DNA of 64,000 bases, taken from sequence record OP870147.1; one strand, 5' to 3'. A program made the position numbers and the translations under genes. Positions 1 to 10,110 of this stretch are shown one piece after another. Within the stretch, counting starts at the first letter, position 1, and each line of letters begins with the position of its first letter. A model generated the notes under the pieces. The model was not told the origin of the DNA and did not search any database. It saw only the letters and a program-made list of their open reading frames with translations. The stretch is from Escherichia phage vB_Eco_F31.

Positions 1-992
1 ACACGATACACGTCGATAATGTTATAAGAAATATATCGTTGGTGATTGCTTTCACGAAGCTTAGAAATAGGGCCGTCATATTTCAGTTTACCAACGTTCA
101 ATTCAAATTCTGAAATGTAATCCAGAGAATACGACGGTTGATTGGTAAAAGAGAATTTTTTGTAAAGGTCAATGTAATCAAGAACAGAGATACCGAACAA
201 TGTAATGATTTCACGAGAACCATACATGTTTTCGATAACTTTAACACGAGTTTTACGATGTGGTGATAAACGTTTCGCAGTAGATTCGCCAAAAATATTC
301 TTGATTCGGTTATACACATACGGAATATCAAATGACTCAACGTTCCATCCAGTCAAAATGACAGGAGTTTTCTGTTGCCAGAAGTTGAGATATTCCATCA
401 ATAATTCTTTTTCATTATCAAACGGCATATAAACGATTTTGTCGATAATTTCGGATGGAACTTCATCACCACCTTGTTCTTGAAGCTTAGCAGCGATTTC
501 AATAGACCATTCTTCCACATTACCATATGGAGAATTCAATAGATCAAATACGTAGAACCTGTCGTCAATTGAGTCATAATGGGTGATAGCATCAATCGGA
601 TGTTTTGCTTGTGACGGCTCAGGGAACCCGTCCGGAGATGTTACTTCGATGTCGAAGTTAGCCACACGAATTTTTGTATGGTCGTATTTGATTTCATAGT
701 TATAAGTGTCAGACAAATACGCCAATTTGAAATCGTCCATGCCAAGTGCTTCAAGCCCGATATCTTCCATGCGTTTAATCCATTGGGAGGCATCACGCAT
801 ATTAGCGAACAACTTACGAGTACACGGTTTACCGTAGATATCGAAATATTTCGTAGCCTGACTTTCTGGACAATGAGCAAACAGTGATGGTTTATATTCT
901 ACTTCACGAGTACGTTCACGGCCATTAGAATCGATGTAACGTTCAAAAATTGAATCACCAATCTGTTCAACCGTTAAGTAAAATTCTTTCAT
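1..992 (-). CDS. 43: DNA polymerase gp43, N-terminal ~330 codons (gene runs off the window start)
   Basis: Open minus frame from ATG 992..990 to window edge; translation MKEFYLTVEQIGDSIFERYIDSNGRERTREVEY matches T4-family (RB69-type) polymerase N-terminus from memory; SD AAGGAAA upstream. Confidence 0.93.
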   Translation of the reverse strand, partial: MKEFYLTVEQIGDSIFERYIDSNGRERTREVEYKPSLFAHCPESQATKYFDIYGKPCTRKLFANMRDASQWIKRMEDIGLEALGMDDFKLAYLSDTYNYEIKYDHTKIRVANFDIEVTSPDGFPEPSQAKHPIDAITHYDSIDDRFYVFDLLNSPYGNVEEWSIEIAAKLQEQGGDEVPSEIIDKIVYMPFDNEKELLMEYLNFWQQKTPVILTGWNVESFDIPYVYNRIKNIFGESTAKRLSPHRKTRVKVIENMYGSREIITLFGISVLDYIDLYKKFSFTNQPSYSLDYISEFELNVGKLKYDGPISKLRESNHQRYISYNIIDVYR

Positions 993-1051
993 TTAATTTC
1001 CTTTAGACGAGTTATTGTCTTTTGTTTGTTGATGAACTTATTATACTCCAA

Positions 1052-1069
1052 ATGGGACCGAAGTCCCAT
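1052..1069 (-). promoter_or_regulatory. C(UUCG)G hairpin in the regA-43 intercistronic region
   Basis: ATGGGAC-TTCG-GTCCCAT on minus strand, followed by TATAAT (1045..1040) and SD of gene 43. Confidence 0.5.
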
Positions 1070-1073
1070 TGCT

Positions 1074-1442
1074 TTAATTACCAATTGTATATTTTGCTTT
1101 CAAAGTCCAGTCATCTTTCTGTTTAAAAGAGATAACACGGAAGTTATTAGTCAGGCCAAACAGATCTTCACGAGCAGAGTCTTCAATAACAATCAATCCC
1201 CAGTCTTCAAGCAACTGAGCAATCGAATCACGTCGTTGATAGTCTTCACCATCAATATCAACTTGACGCCCGTCCATACGCAACATTTCTTTAAAGTGGA
1301 CGATGTAATATTTACCTTGCTTTTGGAGGATATGACAGGACTGATAAAGAACTTTATCCTTGTTATTAGCGATGCCCATACGGGTCAGAGTCTCTTTGAC
1401 TTTAAGAAAATCTTCAGGGTTCTTCAATTTAATTTCGATCAT
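1074..1442 (-). CDS. regA: translational repressor RegA
   Basis: 122 aa from ATG 1442 (MIEIKLKNPEDFLKVKETLTRMGIANNKDKVLYQSCHIL...), T4 RegA-like; position between 62 and 43. Confidence 0.9.
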   Translation of the reverse strand: MIEIKLKNPEDFLKVKETLTRMGIANNKDKVLYQSCHILQKQGKYYIVHFKEMLRMDGRQVDIDGEDYQRRDSIAQLLEDWGLIVIEDSAREDLFGLTNNFRVISFKQKDDWTLKAKYTIGN

Positions 1443-1444
1443 TT

Positions 1445-2008
1445 TTACCATTCCAATGCTAATTTTTTAAATTGTTTTTGTTCTTTCACATTTTTTGTAA
1501 CTTCTTTGAGAAACTCATCAGTGACCATGGCCTTCAGTTCTTTAAGGACTATTGGCAGCTTGTTATTTTTTTCAAGGAGCCGCTTATACTCGGTAGCATC
1601 ATTCATGTTGATTGTGTAATGTTTCATCAACAATTTGATAACTAGTAACTCTGAAGTGTCTTCAACCAGTTTAGCCCATTTAGAGAATCGTCGGCCACGC
1701 GGAATGGCGGCCATCATGTAGTTGAAGTGTGCTTCATCACTTAATTCAGAACCGACTAAGTTCATCATGTAAACAGCTGGCATACATTCCGGGAACTGTG
1801 ATAATGAGTTCTCAACCATAAATTTTGAGTAGTCAACCTGAGCAATTGACATAGATTTCTTTTCATTAATAGCATTAATGATTTTAAAGAATTCATTCTC
1901 AGGTTTTTCTTTAAACATGTCAGCACATTTTTGAATCGCATCAGCGTCGTTAGACTTCCATGCAATTTGGTGCTCGTTAAGTTGGACGTCATCATCAAAT
2001 AAGTTCAT
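1445..2008 (-). CDS. 62: clamp loader small subunit gp62
   Basis: 187 aa, T4 gp62 size and sequence pattern; directly downstream of gene 44. Confidence 0.9.
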   Translation of the reverse strand: MNLFDDDVQLNEHQIAWKSNDADAIQKCADMFKEKPENEFFKIINAINEKKSMSIAQVDYSKFMVENSLSQFPECMPAVYMMNLVGSELSDEAHFNYMMAAIPRGRRFSKWAKLVEDTSELLVIKLLMKHYTINMNDATEYKRLLEKNNKLPIVLKELKAMVTDEFLKEVTKNVKEQKQFKKLALEW

Positions 2009-2009
2009 A

Positions 2010-2972
2010 TTATTTCCAAGTCAGTTCGCAGGTCAGTTGAAGAAGCATATACATAACATGTAATTCAATATTACTTGCTAATCCATGAAACTTATTATTT
2101 TCGCCTGCAATTTCATAAAGCGAAATAATACTTTTACCAGGTGCAACTTGGTCATAACATTCTGAAACTAATTTATCGATGAACCATGAATAATCTGCGG
2201 CATATTTTGGAGCTAATGCACGAAGCTGTTTGATATCTTTGTTCTTCATTGCTTCGATAACATCAGAGACTGTGCCACGGTCATTAGTTACGATAGACAG
2301 AATACCTGCATCAAGAACACCTTTAGACGAGTACTGGTCTAATTGGCCAATTGTACGACGAAAGTCCGGGAAGTTCTTTTTAACCAGAGCTGCAACAACT
2401 TTCATATCAGCGATTTCGATATTTTCATTCTTACAGATTTCAACCATACGATGAATCATTTTCTTCATCATCGAGATTTTATCTTCTTCGGTTGGACGTC
2501 CGAATTCGATAACTCGACAACGACTACGTAACGGTTCGATAATTCCATCGATGTTGTTAGCAGTAATAACAATAGAGCAGTTACTAGAGAATTCTTCCAT
2601 AAACGTACGAAGGTGACGTTGTGATTCGGCGAGGCCACTACGGTCAAATTCATCAATAACAATAACTTTCGGCTTGCCTTCCATTGAGACTGAACGAGCA
2701 AATGCAGTTAACGGACCGCGTACAAAATCAATTTTACAATCAGAACCGTTGACGAACATCATTTCGGCGTTGATATCGTTACATAATGCTTTTGCCACGG
2801 TTGTTTTACCGGTGCCAGGAGAAGGAGAGTGCAAAATAATATGAGGAAGTTTTCCTTTAGATACTAAAGACTTGAATGTTTCATGGTCATACGCAGGCAG
2901 AATACATTCGTCAATGGAAGAAGGACGATATTTCTGTTCTAGAATGTGTTCTTTGGAATTGATAGTAATCAT
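2010..2972 (-). CDS. 44: clamp loader ATPase gp44
   Basis: 320 aa, Walker [11 protein letters not shown], Walker B VIVIDEFD; [17 protein letters not shown]... as T4 gp44. Confidence 0.95.
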   Translation of the reverse strand: MITINSKEHILEQKYRPSSIDECILPAYDHETFKSLVSKGKLPHIILHSPSPGTGKTTVAKALCNDINAEMMFVNGSDCKIDFVRGPLTAFARSVSMEGKPKVIVIDEFDRSGLAESQRHLRTFMEEFSSNCSIVITANNIDGIIEPLRSRCRVIEFGRPTEEDKISMMKKMIHRMVEICKNENIEIADMKVVAALVKKNFPDFRRTIGQLDQYSSKGVLDAGILSIVTNDRGTVSDVIEAMKNKDIKQLRALAPKYAADYSWFIDKLVSECYDQVAPGKSIISLYEIAGENNKFHGLASNIELHVMYMLLQLTCELTWK

Positions 2973-2997
2973 GTAATTTTCCTCATTATCATTAAAC

Positions 2998-3015
2998 TGG
3001 AGGATTTCTCCTCCA
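2998..3015 (-). promoter_or_regulatory. intercistronic hairpin between genes 45 and 44
   Basis: TGGAGGA-GAAA-TCCTCCA, GNRA loop. Confidence 0.45.
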
Positions 3016-3047
3016 TAATCGTACTACATTAAACGTAAAGCTTTGAC

Positions 3048-3734
3048 TTAGAAGTCGTGAGTAGAATCGGCTTCCATCGCAATAACATAACTTACTTGAG
3101 AGCTTTCAAACTTAGCTGCAACTTTATCACCAGCTCCCCACAACATTACTTTATAGTTACCTGGCTGAATTTTCATATTAGCCATATTGATTACGAAGTT
3201 AAAGTTGTTAGAACCATCATAATCGGTAAGAGTCAAAGAATACTTAGGACGAGTCAAGCCAGAATCTTCAACTTTATTGTAACCGTTGATAACAATTTTA
3301 CCATCTTTATTTGTAATAGCAATTGTATCAATCTGAAGACCACGTGAAACTCGAAGCAATTGTTGAAGGTCTTCAGCTTTAATTTCAGTAATCACAGAAG
3401 CCACTGGGAATTGAATTGGCTTATTAGGAAAAACAATGGTGCTCTTGTCAGCGGCAGGCCAATAAACTGTGGAACGTGTATCTGCAATTTTAATGTTGCC
3501 ATCAGTGTGCATTGAAATTTCAGCATCATCAGACACTAGACTCAAAATGCTTAAGAAGCTATTCAAATCATAAAGTGCTACGTCAAAATCAATTTCATCA
3601 GAGATATTTGCTTCCGCATAAGTGGTGCCATTAACTGCACGAGTCATAATAAATTTACCTTGACTCAGCAGAATGCCGGAGTTAATAGAGGCAAAGTTTT
3701 TCAGAATAGCGATAGTATCTTTAGACAGTTTCAT
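3048..3734 (-). CDS. 45: sliding clamp gp45
   Basis: 228 aa from ATG 3734 (MKLSKDTIAILKNFASINSG...), T4 gp45-like; track start is TTG 5 codons upstream. Confidence 0.93.
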   Translation of the reverse strand: MKLSKDTIAILKNFASINSGILLSQGKFIMTRAVNGTTYAEANISDEIDFDVALYDLNSFLSILSLVSDDAEISMHTDGNIKIADTRSTVYWPAADKSTIVFPNKPIQFPVASVITEIKAEDLQQLLRVSRGLQIDTIAITNKDGKIVINGYNKVEDSGLTRPKYSLTLTDYDGSNNFNFVINMANMKIQPGNYKVMLWGAGDKVAAKFESSQVSYVIAMEADSTHDF

Positions 3735-3776
3735 TTTATTTCCTTTCAAGACAATTCAAAGTTTATAACAAATTTA

Positions 3777-4193
3777 TTATGCAGCAACCATCTGCTTTTT
3801 AATAGCTTCAGGCAGTGATTCAATATATTCTGGAATTTTAGAAGCAACAATTTCACCAGCTGCAATTAGTTGTTCGTCGGCATCAACACAGTAGAAATCT
3901 TCCAGACGCTCAGAACCGTCTTTATCAAGAACGATTTTTCCGCCAGCTTCAATAGAATCTTTATAGTGCTTACGCATCAGATGAATCCACATATCAGATA
4001 CATCGTTATCAATAAAACCATAAATCATAAAACGAGTTTCTTGTGGAAGAGATTGAAGCTTTTTAGCACTTGCGTCATCACAATGCAGGACCCATGCTTT
4101 ACGAACACGATTATGGTTATGTGGGTTAGCGTCAGTACGGATAGAAGTAACTTTCAGATCAGCAGCAGTGAAACCTTTAGCAGTAGTAAACAT
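3777..4193 (-). CDS. rpbA: RNA polymerase binding protein RpbA (by synteny)
   Basis: 138-aa ORF between 45 and 46 as in T4; sequence not independently recognised. Confidence 0.5.
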   Translation of the reverse strand: MFTTAKGFTAADLKVTSIRTDANPHNHNRVRKAWVLHCDDASAKKLQSLPQETRFMIYGFIDNDVSDMWIHLMRKHYKDSIEAGGKIVLDKDGSERLEDFYCVDADEQLIAAGEIVASKIPEYIESLPEAIKKQMVAA

Positions 4194-4205
4194 ATTATTT
4201 CTCTC

Positions 4206-4406
4206 TTATTCGTAGAAGTCGGTAACTGTCCATGCGGAATTGCGATTAGACATTATTTTATTATACTCATCTTTAAAAGCAGATTTGAGCATTTGTTCAG
4301 TAACAATATGTTCTTCACCTGAAAACGTATTGGTCAAAACATATTTTTTAATTTCAGGGACAACGAGAAGATGTTGACCAGTTGAATACTCCATGTTGTT
4401 CTCCAT
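4206..4406 (-). CDS. hypothetical protein
   Basis: 66-aa ORF, ATG 4406, in operon between 46 and rpbA. Confidence 0.5.
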   Translation of the reverse strand: MENNMEYSTGQHLLVVPEIKKYVLTNTFSGEEHIVTEQMLKSAFKDEYNKIMSNRNSAWTVTDFYE

Positions 4407-4422
4407 TTAATTTGATGTGGTC

Positions 4423-4447
4423 ATTATAACCACATCGTGTTAAAGCG
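4423..4447 (-). promoter_or_regulatory. candidate MotA-dependent middle promoter
   Basis: Minus strand CGCTTTA (MotA-box variant) + 12 nt + TATAAT; -10 sits in loop of 8-bp hairpin 4414..4436. Confidence 0.4.
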
Positions 4448-4448
4448 T

Positions 4449-6137
4449 TTATGAAACAGTCATTACCGTAAATCGTCCAACTTTGCTCATCTGAAGATGT
4501 TGTCCATAACGTTGAGGGTCATGGTCTCGATGAGAGATAATGAACACATTAGTATTTTGTAAACTTCCAAGAATGGTATCTATAGCCTTAACAGCTTCAG
4601 AATCTACAGCGCCGTCAAAAACCTCATCAAGAATCAGAGTGTTGATTTTAACACCAGAGACCTTTTCAGCAATATCTCGCCATGTAAACAACAATGCGAT
4701 ATCGATACGTGCCTTTTCACCTTGACTAAATGAAGCATAACTAAAATCTTCACGACCACGTGATTTTATAGATTCATTGAATTCTTCATCAATAGAAAAC
4801 ACGTAATCAGCTTCCATGATTTTAAGATAATGGTTAATCTGCTTATTGAACAAAGGCACGTATTTTTTAATGATAGCACCTTTAATACCAGAATCTTTTA
4901 ACATATCTGTGATAATACCACGATGGTATTTTTCAAGAACGATATCCGATTTTGTTTTAATGATTTTATCAAGTTCTTTTTGAAGCAAAGCTATCTCATC
5001 GGCATGGTCGATAAATTCCGCCGAGGCTTGTTCTATTGCAGCTTTAACTTTCTTAGCTTTATCAATAGTGGCAATCATTGCTTGTTTCTTGGTACGAATA
5101 TCAGATGCAAGGTCCTGTTTAGTCTTAACATTAGCTCTATATTCGTCCACTAGGACACTCAGATTATCTCTGTGACAGGTAAGTTGCTCGAATGAGTGAT
5201 TACATTCATGAAGCTTATCGGTAATCTTAGAGACAATAGGATCACCCTGGTGCAACTGTGATGCACAAGTAGGACATGTACCACCATCATGATACATCTT
5301 AATAACTTTGTTATATGAGTCGATTTTAGATTTAATCAAGAATGCTTCTTGTCCGATCTTGTTGAATGCCTCAGTAGGGTCTTCATCAAGAACGATATTA
5401 AGTAGTCGCTCATTAGCTTCTTCGATTTCTGCTTTTAATGAACGAGCTTCTTTGGCTAGGTCGTCATACATATTCTGTAGACGCGCTACATTATCACCAG
5501 ATAATTTCTTTTGACGTTCGATATTCTCGTTATAAATCTTAATTTGTTGGATAACACCATCTTTCTTGGCATCGAGAACTTGTCCCTGGGAATTAAGTTC
5601 TCGAACTTGAGACTTATTGATTTTATCCATTTCGGCGAGTGTGCCGACTTCTAAAAGGTCTTCGACAAGTTTTCTACGAGCAGGGGTGCTAAGAGCCATG
5701 AAAGGGGTATACCCTGCCGTCCCAAGCACAACGATTTGTTTAAAAGACGCGTATGACATTCCGATGCTACGTTCAAATTCTTCTTGGAAGTCACGACTGC
5801 TGGCAGATTCATCGAGACGAACACCGTCAACGGAGATTTCGAAAATATTGGGCTTTTGGCCGCGTCTAATGAAGTATTTTTTATCATCGAATTCCATCCA
5901 AAGCTCAACTAAGAGCTCTTTCTTGTTCGTGCTATTAATGATTTGTCCTTTCTTAACATCACGAAATGGTTTACCGAAAAGTCCGAAAGTAATGGCTTCT
6001 AACATCGTAGATTTACCACCACCATTTTTACCAGTGATTAATGTCTTTTGGACTTTATCTAATTGGATATCAATAGGATTCCCACCTACCGACATGATGT
6101 TTTGATAACGAACACGATTTAATTTAAATGATTTCAT
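4449..6137 (-). CDS. 46: recombination endonuclease subunit gp46 (SbcC/Rad50-like)
   Basis: 562 aa, Walker A GKNGGGKST near N-terminus, long coiled-coil, C-terminal LILDEVFDG signature. Confidence 0.93.
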   Translation of the reverse strand: MKSFKLNRVRYQNIMSVGGNPIDIQLDKVQKTLITGKNGGGKSTMLEAITFGLFGKPFRDVKKGQIINSTNKKELLVELWMEFDDKKYFIRRGQKPNIFEISVDGVRLDESASSRDFQEEFERSIGMSYASFKQIVVLGTAGYTPFMALSTPARRKLVEDLLEVGTLAEMDKINKSQVRELNSQGQVLDAKKDGVIQQIKIYNENIERQKKLSGDNVARLQNMYDDLAKEARSLKAEIEEANERLLNIVLDEDPTEAFNKIGQEAFLIKSKIDSYNKVIKMYHDGGTCPTCASQLHQGDPIVSKITDKLHECNHSFEQLTCHRDNLSVLVDEYRANVKTKQDLASDIRTKKQAMIATIDKAKKVKAAIEQASAEFIDHADEIALLQKELDKIIKTKSDIVLEKYHRGIITDMLKDSGIKGAIIKKYVPLFNKQINHYLKIMEADYVFSIDEEFNESIKSRGREDFSYASFSQGEKARIDIALLFTWRDIAEKVSGVKINTLILDEVFDGAVDSEAVKAIDTILGSLQNTNVFIISHRDHDPQRYGQHLQMSKVGRFTVMTVS

Positions 6138-6382
6138 ATGTATTCTCTTCGAATGAAGTCCTCTACATATTTTAACATGTCATCCCTATCAGCAAAATAT
6201 TCATCTAGTTCTGCATACATAACAACACCTGGCGCGTACTCACAGGTAACATACATTGTTCCAAAGAAACGAGGAGTTGATTCCTCGTAATTCTCAGTCC
6301 ATTCAACGATACCAATATAACCGTCACCAATACTAAATTCATGACGATGGATTTCATAATCAGTCTTCGTCATTATACGCAT
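6134..6382 (-). CDS. hypothetical protein
   Basis: 82-aa ORF; stop overlaps gene 46 ATG (ATGA). Confidence 0.5.
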   Translation of the reverse strand: MRIMTKTDYEIHRHEFSIGDGYIGIVEWTENYEESTPRFFGTMYVTCEYAPGVVMYAELDEYFADRDDMLKYVEDFIRREYI

Positions 6383-6617
6383 CCTTGATACATGCTTCAG
6401 CCATTTTAAGAATAGAACCAGGAGTATCGTTGTCCATTATATTAAAGCTAAATTCAATAGCCCAGTCAGTGCAGACATGAACTGCTTTAACTTCATTGCC
6501 TTCAACGCGTAATGGCTCAATCCAATACTTGATAGTGTTCTCGAATCCATCGTCATCTTTAACGTCCATTTCAACTTCAAGCCTGAGACCAGCATTGTTA
6601 AATTCATCTAAAGTCAT
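6360..6617 (-). CDS. hypothetical protein
   Basis: 85-aa ORF between 47 and 46. Confidence 0.5.
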   Translation of the reverse strand: MTLDEFNNAGLRLEVEMDVKDDDGFENTIKYWIEPLRVEGNEVKAVHVCTDWAIEFSFNIMDNDTPGSILKMAEACIKDAYNDED

Positions 6618-7633
6618 TGTGTTGCCTCAATATAAAGTTCGTTGGAATATTTGACCAGCGCTTCTCTGTCTTCGTCTGAGATATCTGGAATAGCGTCAAT
6701 ATATTCTTTAATGATATCTTGAAGTGATTTAATCTCGATTTCCTGGTCGTCATCAGATTCAACACTGTTATCAACTTTAGAAACCATACGAAGAGAGTGA
6801 ACTACTTTTTCAAGTTCAGATTCAAACTTAGTCAACTCAGAATCGATTTCTGATACTATAACACGTACGGCTAGATTAGTATAATCAGAATAATTGATTT
6901 TGCCTTTAAACGGATAAGTGATTCGTCGATGCCATGTTGTTTCATTAGGAATAAATTCCATACGTTCAACATCAGTGTCAAATACCCAGAATCCTCGAGG
7001 GTCGTTCTCATCGCCTGCAGTAAGGGTCCATGGTGTCCCAATATATTTGACGTTAGCAGCTTCAGAGATTGTGTGGAAGTGGCCGGACCAGACTTGTTTA
7101 TAAGTCTTTAAGAAATCAGGTTCAAGCCCATGAGACTTCATTCCTTTATAGAAATAAAAGCCGTTCAGTTCCCAGTGCCCAACACAATACGCTGCAGAAG
7201 AAGTCTTGATGTGCTCTAAGATTTCACCTGTATTTTCTTCACACATCCATGGAACGATATCAATCAGACATCCGTCAAAATCTACAGTAGTCGGATGCTC
7301 GTAAATAGTAAAGTTTTCAAATTGAGTTAACAATTCAGAAACAGTGTTAGGTGTTATTGTATTCTTAAACGCCATGTCATGGTTTCCTATCGTGACATGA
7401 ACGTGAATACCTGCTTTAGAAATCATATCAACGATTTCACGATTGAATTCCATTGTACGATGTGTTATTGCTTTACGAACGTCGAACCAATCACCGTACT
7501 GAATCCAAGTTTTAATCCCGTGTTTCTTAGAGTATTCAATTGCTTGTTGAATACCATCACGTTGAATATCTTGAACCCATGGGTCGTCTTGTTTGACTCC
7601 GATATGGAAGTCGCCTAAGTGCAAAATTTTCAT
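6614..7633 (-). CDS. 47: recombination endonuclease subunit gp47 (Mre11/SbcD-like)
   Basis: 339 aa, metallophosphoesterase motifs LHLGDFH, GNHD, GHWE. Confidence 0.93.
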   Translation of the reverse strand: MKILHLGDFHIGVKQDDPWVQDIQRDGIQQAIEYSKKHGIKTWIQYGDWFDVRKAITHRTMEFNREIVDMISKAGIHVHVTIGNHDMAFKNTITPNTVSELLTQFENFTIYEHPTTVDFDGCLIDIVPWMCEENTGEILEHIKTSSAAYCVGHWELNGFYFYKGMKSHGLEPDFLKTYKQVWSGHFHTISEAANVKYIGTPWTLTAGDENDPRGFWVFDTDVERMEFIPNETTWHRRITYPFKGKINYSDYTNLAVRVIVSEIDSELTKFESELEKVVHSLRMVSKVDNSVESDDDQEIEIKSLQDIIKEYIDAIPDISDEDREALVKYSNELYIEATQ

Positions 7634-7656
7634 ATTATTTCCTCATTAGTTAATTC

Positions 7657-7682
7657 ATTCTATCATCCGTTTATAAAGCAAA
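7657..7682 (-). promoter_or_regulatory. MotA-dependent middle promoter for genes 47-46
   Basis: Perfect MotA box TTTGCTTTA + 11 nt + TAGAAT; SD GAGGAAA and ATG 7633 downstream. Confidence 0.55.
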
Positions 7683-7704
7683 AAAGGAACTCCGAAGAGT
7701 TCCT
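7680..7704 (-). terminator. rho-independent terminator
   Basis: 8-bp stem AGGAACTC/GAGTTCCT with UUCG loop followed by T5 on minus strand. Confidence 0.75.
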
Positions 7705-7876
7705 ATCCACATAGTACACCGTACAGAGGCTCATTTGAACTTTTAAATCGAATGGGCTTGTACGTAATAGTTCCTTCGGCTTTAGCTTTATCATAAGACT
7801 CTTTAAAACGTCTCATTCTTTCTGCTTTGCCTTTACGGATTTTATCGAAATTTTCAGAAGTCGGGATGTTCGTCAT
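7703..7876 (-). CDS. hypothetical small basic protein (57 aa)
   Basis: ATG 7876, SD GAGGTG; below track length cutoff; stop lies in terminator stem. Confidence 0.3.
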   Translation of the reverse strand: MTNIPTSENFDKIRKGKAERMRRFKESYDKAKAEGTITYKPIRFKSSNEPLYGVLCG

Positions 7877-7915
7877 GCATAAGCACCTCTCAGAAAATAC
7901 CTAAATCGATTTCTC

Positions 7916-8137
7916 TCATCGTTTCCACCATTTCTTAACTTGAAATGAATCGACCCACACGAGTTGTTTTGGGTCTGCCTTTACAATAGGCGGACAAATT
8001 TCTGTAATAGAACCGTCGTGATATTCCTTTTCAGAAATTTTAACACAAAGAGGACCTCCCAATTTAAGGGTGAACCCTGCGTTCAGCTTCAGACGTTTAA
8101 ACTTTGTTTGAACTAGCGCCATTAATGATGTCCTCAA
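7916..8137 (-). CDS. hypothetical protein
   Basis: 73-aa ORF; start uncertain. Confidence 0.4.
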   Translation of the reverse strand: MRTSLMALVQTKFKRLKLNAGFTLKLGGPLCVKISEKEYHDGSITEICPPIVKADPKQLVWVDSFQVKKWWKR

Positions 8138-8420
8138 TAGCCTGACGAGTAGTAACCCACTGGATTTTAATTAACTTGTCATTGTATGGTTGTCGTAGAA
8201 TATCCCGAGATTTCTTAATAGCATATTCGTAAGCTTCGAAGTTGTTTTGAATTGCTGCTTCTTGAGCATGAGCATAAAGACGGTTTAGTTCAAAACGATT
8301 CTTTTTAAGAATCTTTTCGGATTTTTTACGTGCTTCAGCTTCATTTTTCTTTTGGATTTCTTGTAGCATTTTAGCTACTGCATCTTCTGCTTCTTTATTT
8401 TCAATAATCTCGGTAGTCAT
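8097..8420 (-). CDS. hypothetical protein
   Basis: 107-aa ORF. Confidence 0.5.
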   Translation of the reverse strand: MTTEIIENKEAEDAVAKMLQEIQKKNEAEARKKSEKILKKNRFELNRLYAHAQEAAIQNNFEAYEYAIKKSRDILRQPYNDKLIKIQWVTTRQAIEDIINGASSNKV

Positions 8421-8421
8421 A

Positions 8422-8637
8422 TTATCTCATTAAATTAAAATAAAAACGTCCATCCTCTTCAATACAGAACTCATATTCAACTGGAGTCCCGTTTATCGAA
8501 AATGACACGTCATGTGGGTTCAAAGGGTCGATGTCAAAATTAATTTTAAATTCACGACCCAACAGTTTTACCAAATAAGGGATTGCTTCGTCAAAAGGTT
8601 CTTCTAAGTAGTTAGAGATGTCAATTGTCATCCTCAT
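8422..8637 (-). CDS. hypothetical protein
   Basis: Track ORF 8422..8715 overlaps gp55 3' end; likely internal ATG start. Confidence 0.45.
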   Translation of the reverse strand: MRMTIDISNYLEEPFDEAIPYLVKLLGREFKINFDIDPLNPHDVSFSINGTPVEYEFCIEEDGRFYFNLMR

Positions 8638-9178
8638 ATAAAAAATCCAAACTAGGCGAATCGCTAACAACTTCCTTCTTTTCAGCCCCAGGAGCTTTAT
8701 AAGCGGATTCTTCATAATGCGTCATTTTATCGTAGATGTCTTGAATAAACGTTTCATCTACCAACGCTACCATATCATCGTCATGACTGTCGTAGACATT
8801 ATGAACGAAGTAACTATATTTCTTTGCAACTTCCTTACGTTCTTTTTTGATACGTTGGACAAAAGCATTAAAACAAGCTCGAGTTATGTATGCATGTGGG
8901 TTATTGTACTTAGTTTCGTCGAAATTATGAAGTCCCTTAATAGAGGCTTCAATCCCATCTGCAATCATCTCCTGCTTCCAAGACTGGGTATATCCTGAAA
9001 AGTTGAAACGTTTGGACAGGCCTTCGGCGATAAGCATAATTGCTAAACCGATGGTATCATTCTGACGAATAATTTTGTTTGGGTCTTTATTATTTAAGAG
9101 CTCCTTTTTCCACTCGATTATAGCAGCGAGAAGCTCTTTGTTATTCACATAGTTATTTTTAGGTTTTTGTTCAGTCAT
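8621..9178 (-). CDS. 55: late-transcription sigma factor gp55
   Basis: 185 aa from ATG 9178 ([28 protein letters not shown]...), close to T4 gp55 from memory; SD AAGAGG. Confidence 0.93.
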   Translation of the reverse strand: MTEQKPKNNYVNNKELLAAIIEWKKELLNNKDPNKIIRQNDTIGLAIMLIAEGLSKRFNFSGYTQSWKQEMIADGIEASIKGLHNFDETKYNNPHAYITRACFNAFVQRIKKERKEVAKKYSYFVHNVYDSHDDDMVALVDETFIQDIYDKMTHYEESAYKAPGAEKKEVVSDSPSLDFLYEDDN

Positions 9179-9199
9179 AAGTACCTCTTGGCTCAATTC

Positions 9200-9243
9200 A
9201 TAGGTCTATTATATCATAATATTTAGAGACCTATCTTAAAGCA
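9200..9243 (-). promoter_or_regulatory. promoter/stem-loop cassette upstream of gene 55
   Basis: 8-bp inverted repeat ATAGGTCT/AGACCTAT encloses TATAAT; MotA-like TGCTTTA at 9237..9243. Confidence 0.4.
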
Positions 9244-9250
9244 CGAGATA

Positions 9251-9520
9251 CTATCGGAGCAAACAATAAGCCTGAAACACTTTTTCCATTAAACGTTTGA
9301 ACTCATGGATATCGATATAAAGCTCAGTAAGACCGGCATTATAAAGAAAATCTAAAAAGTTCTCATGTGTTTCGTTATAGTCGCCTTCGTTTAATTGAGA
9401 TACATGAGTTTCCCAAAAACCAACACCTTTAACGAATGGAAAATACGTGACTTTCATGTATTCGTCAACATAAAATTCGCCCAGCTTTTCTTCAGTTATA
9501 CTGATTCGAGTTAATTTCAT
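9251..9520 (-). CDS. hypothetical protein
   Basis: 89-aa ORF. Confidence 0.5.
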   Translation of the reverse strand: MKLTRISITEEKLGEFYVDEYMKVTYFPFVKGVGFWETHVSQLNEGDYNETHENFLDFLYNAGLTELYIDIHEFKRLMEKVFQAYCLLR

Positions 9521-9744
9521 TCTAGTTCCTTTGCTGCTTCAAGAGCAGCATCCAACGAATCAAATTGGTCAACGAAATCAATATTCAACGCATCGTCAAC
9601 CGTAGCATATAACCACCATTGTTTGAATTCGTATTCTAGGATAAATCCAGGCCCTTCAATCTGAGGAAGACCTAGACTATTTGTACCAACTTCGTAACCA
9701 GCTAGACGCAGGTCATTAATCAAAGTTTCTGTTAATACGCTCAT
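9517..9744 (-). CDS. hypothetical protein
   Basis: 75-aa acidic ORF. Confidence 0.5.
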   Translation of the reverse strand: MSVLTETLINDLRLAGYEVGTNSLGLPQIEGPGFILEYEFKQWWLYATVDDALNIDFVDQFDSLDAALEAAKELE

Positions 9745-10073
9745 TTTACCGCCTTAACAATTTTAAGGTCAACGAATTTTTTCTTACGTTGATTTTTCAT
9801 ACGACGGATAGTCTTTTCAGAGATTTCATGTTTCTGATAAGCTTTAGATTCAACACCAAATGCAGCAACGTCAAATTCAGAAAGAATATATTGTACTAGA
9901 ATTTCACGAATAGAATTACGTCCAATTTTCTGGTCGTGTTTTTGCATGATTTCATAAAGACGGAATTCCCACGCATCAAGAACTTGAGGAGTAACAATAT
10001 TGCCAGATTCCAGAAGAGCAACAACTTTATCGAAAGCGAAAGAATTAACTACGTTTTTGATTTTAGTAGACAT
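9741..10073 (-). CDS. hypothetical protein
   Basis: Start moved to ATG 10073 (MSTKIKNVV..., SD GAGGAA); track start lies inside the promoter cassette. Confidence 0.5.
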   Translation of the reverse strand: MSTKIKNVVNSFAFDKVVALLESGNIVTPQVLDAWEFRLYEIMQKHDQKIGRNSIREILVQYILSEFDVAAFGVESKAYQKHEISEKTIRRMKNQRKKKFVDLKIVKAVK

Positions 10074-10110
10074 ATTATTTTCCTCGGTTATTTTATTATC
10101 CAACGAGAGA

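Noticed and set aside
1026-1619. 197-aa plus-strand ORF over regA and gene 62
   Set aside because: Antisense to two well-supported genes; Phe/Ser-rich shadow translation; no promoter or SD.
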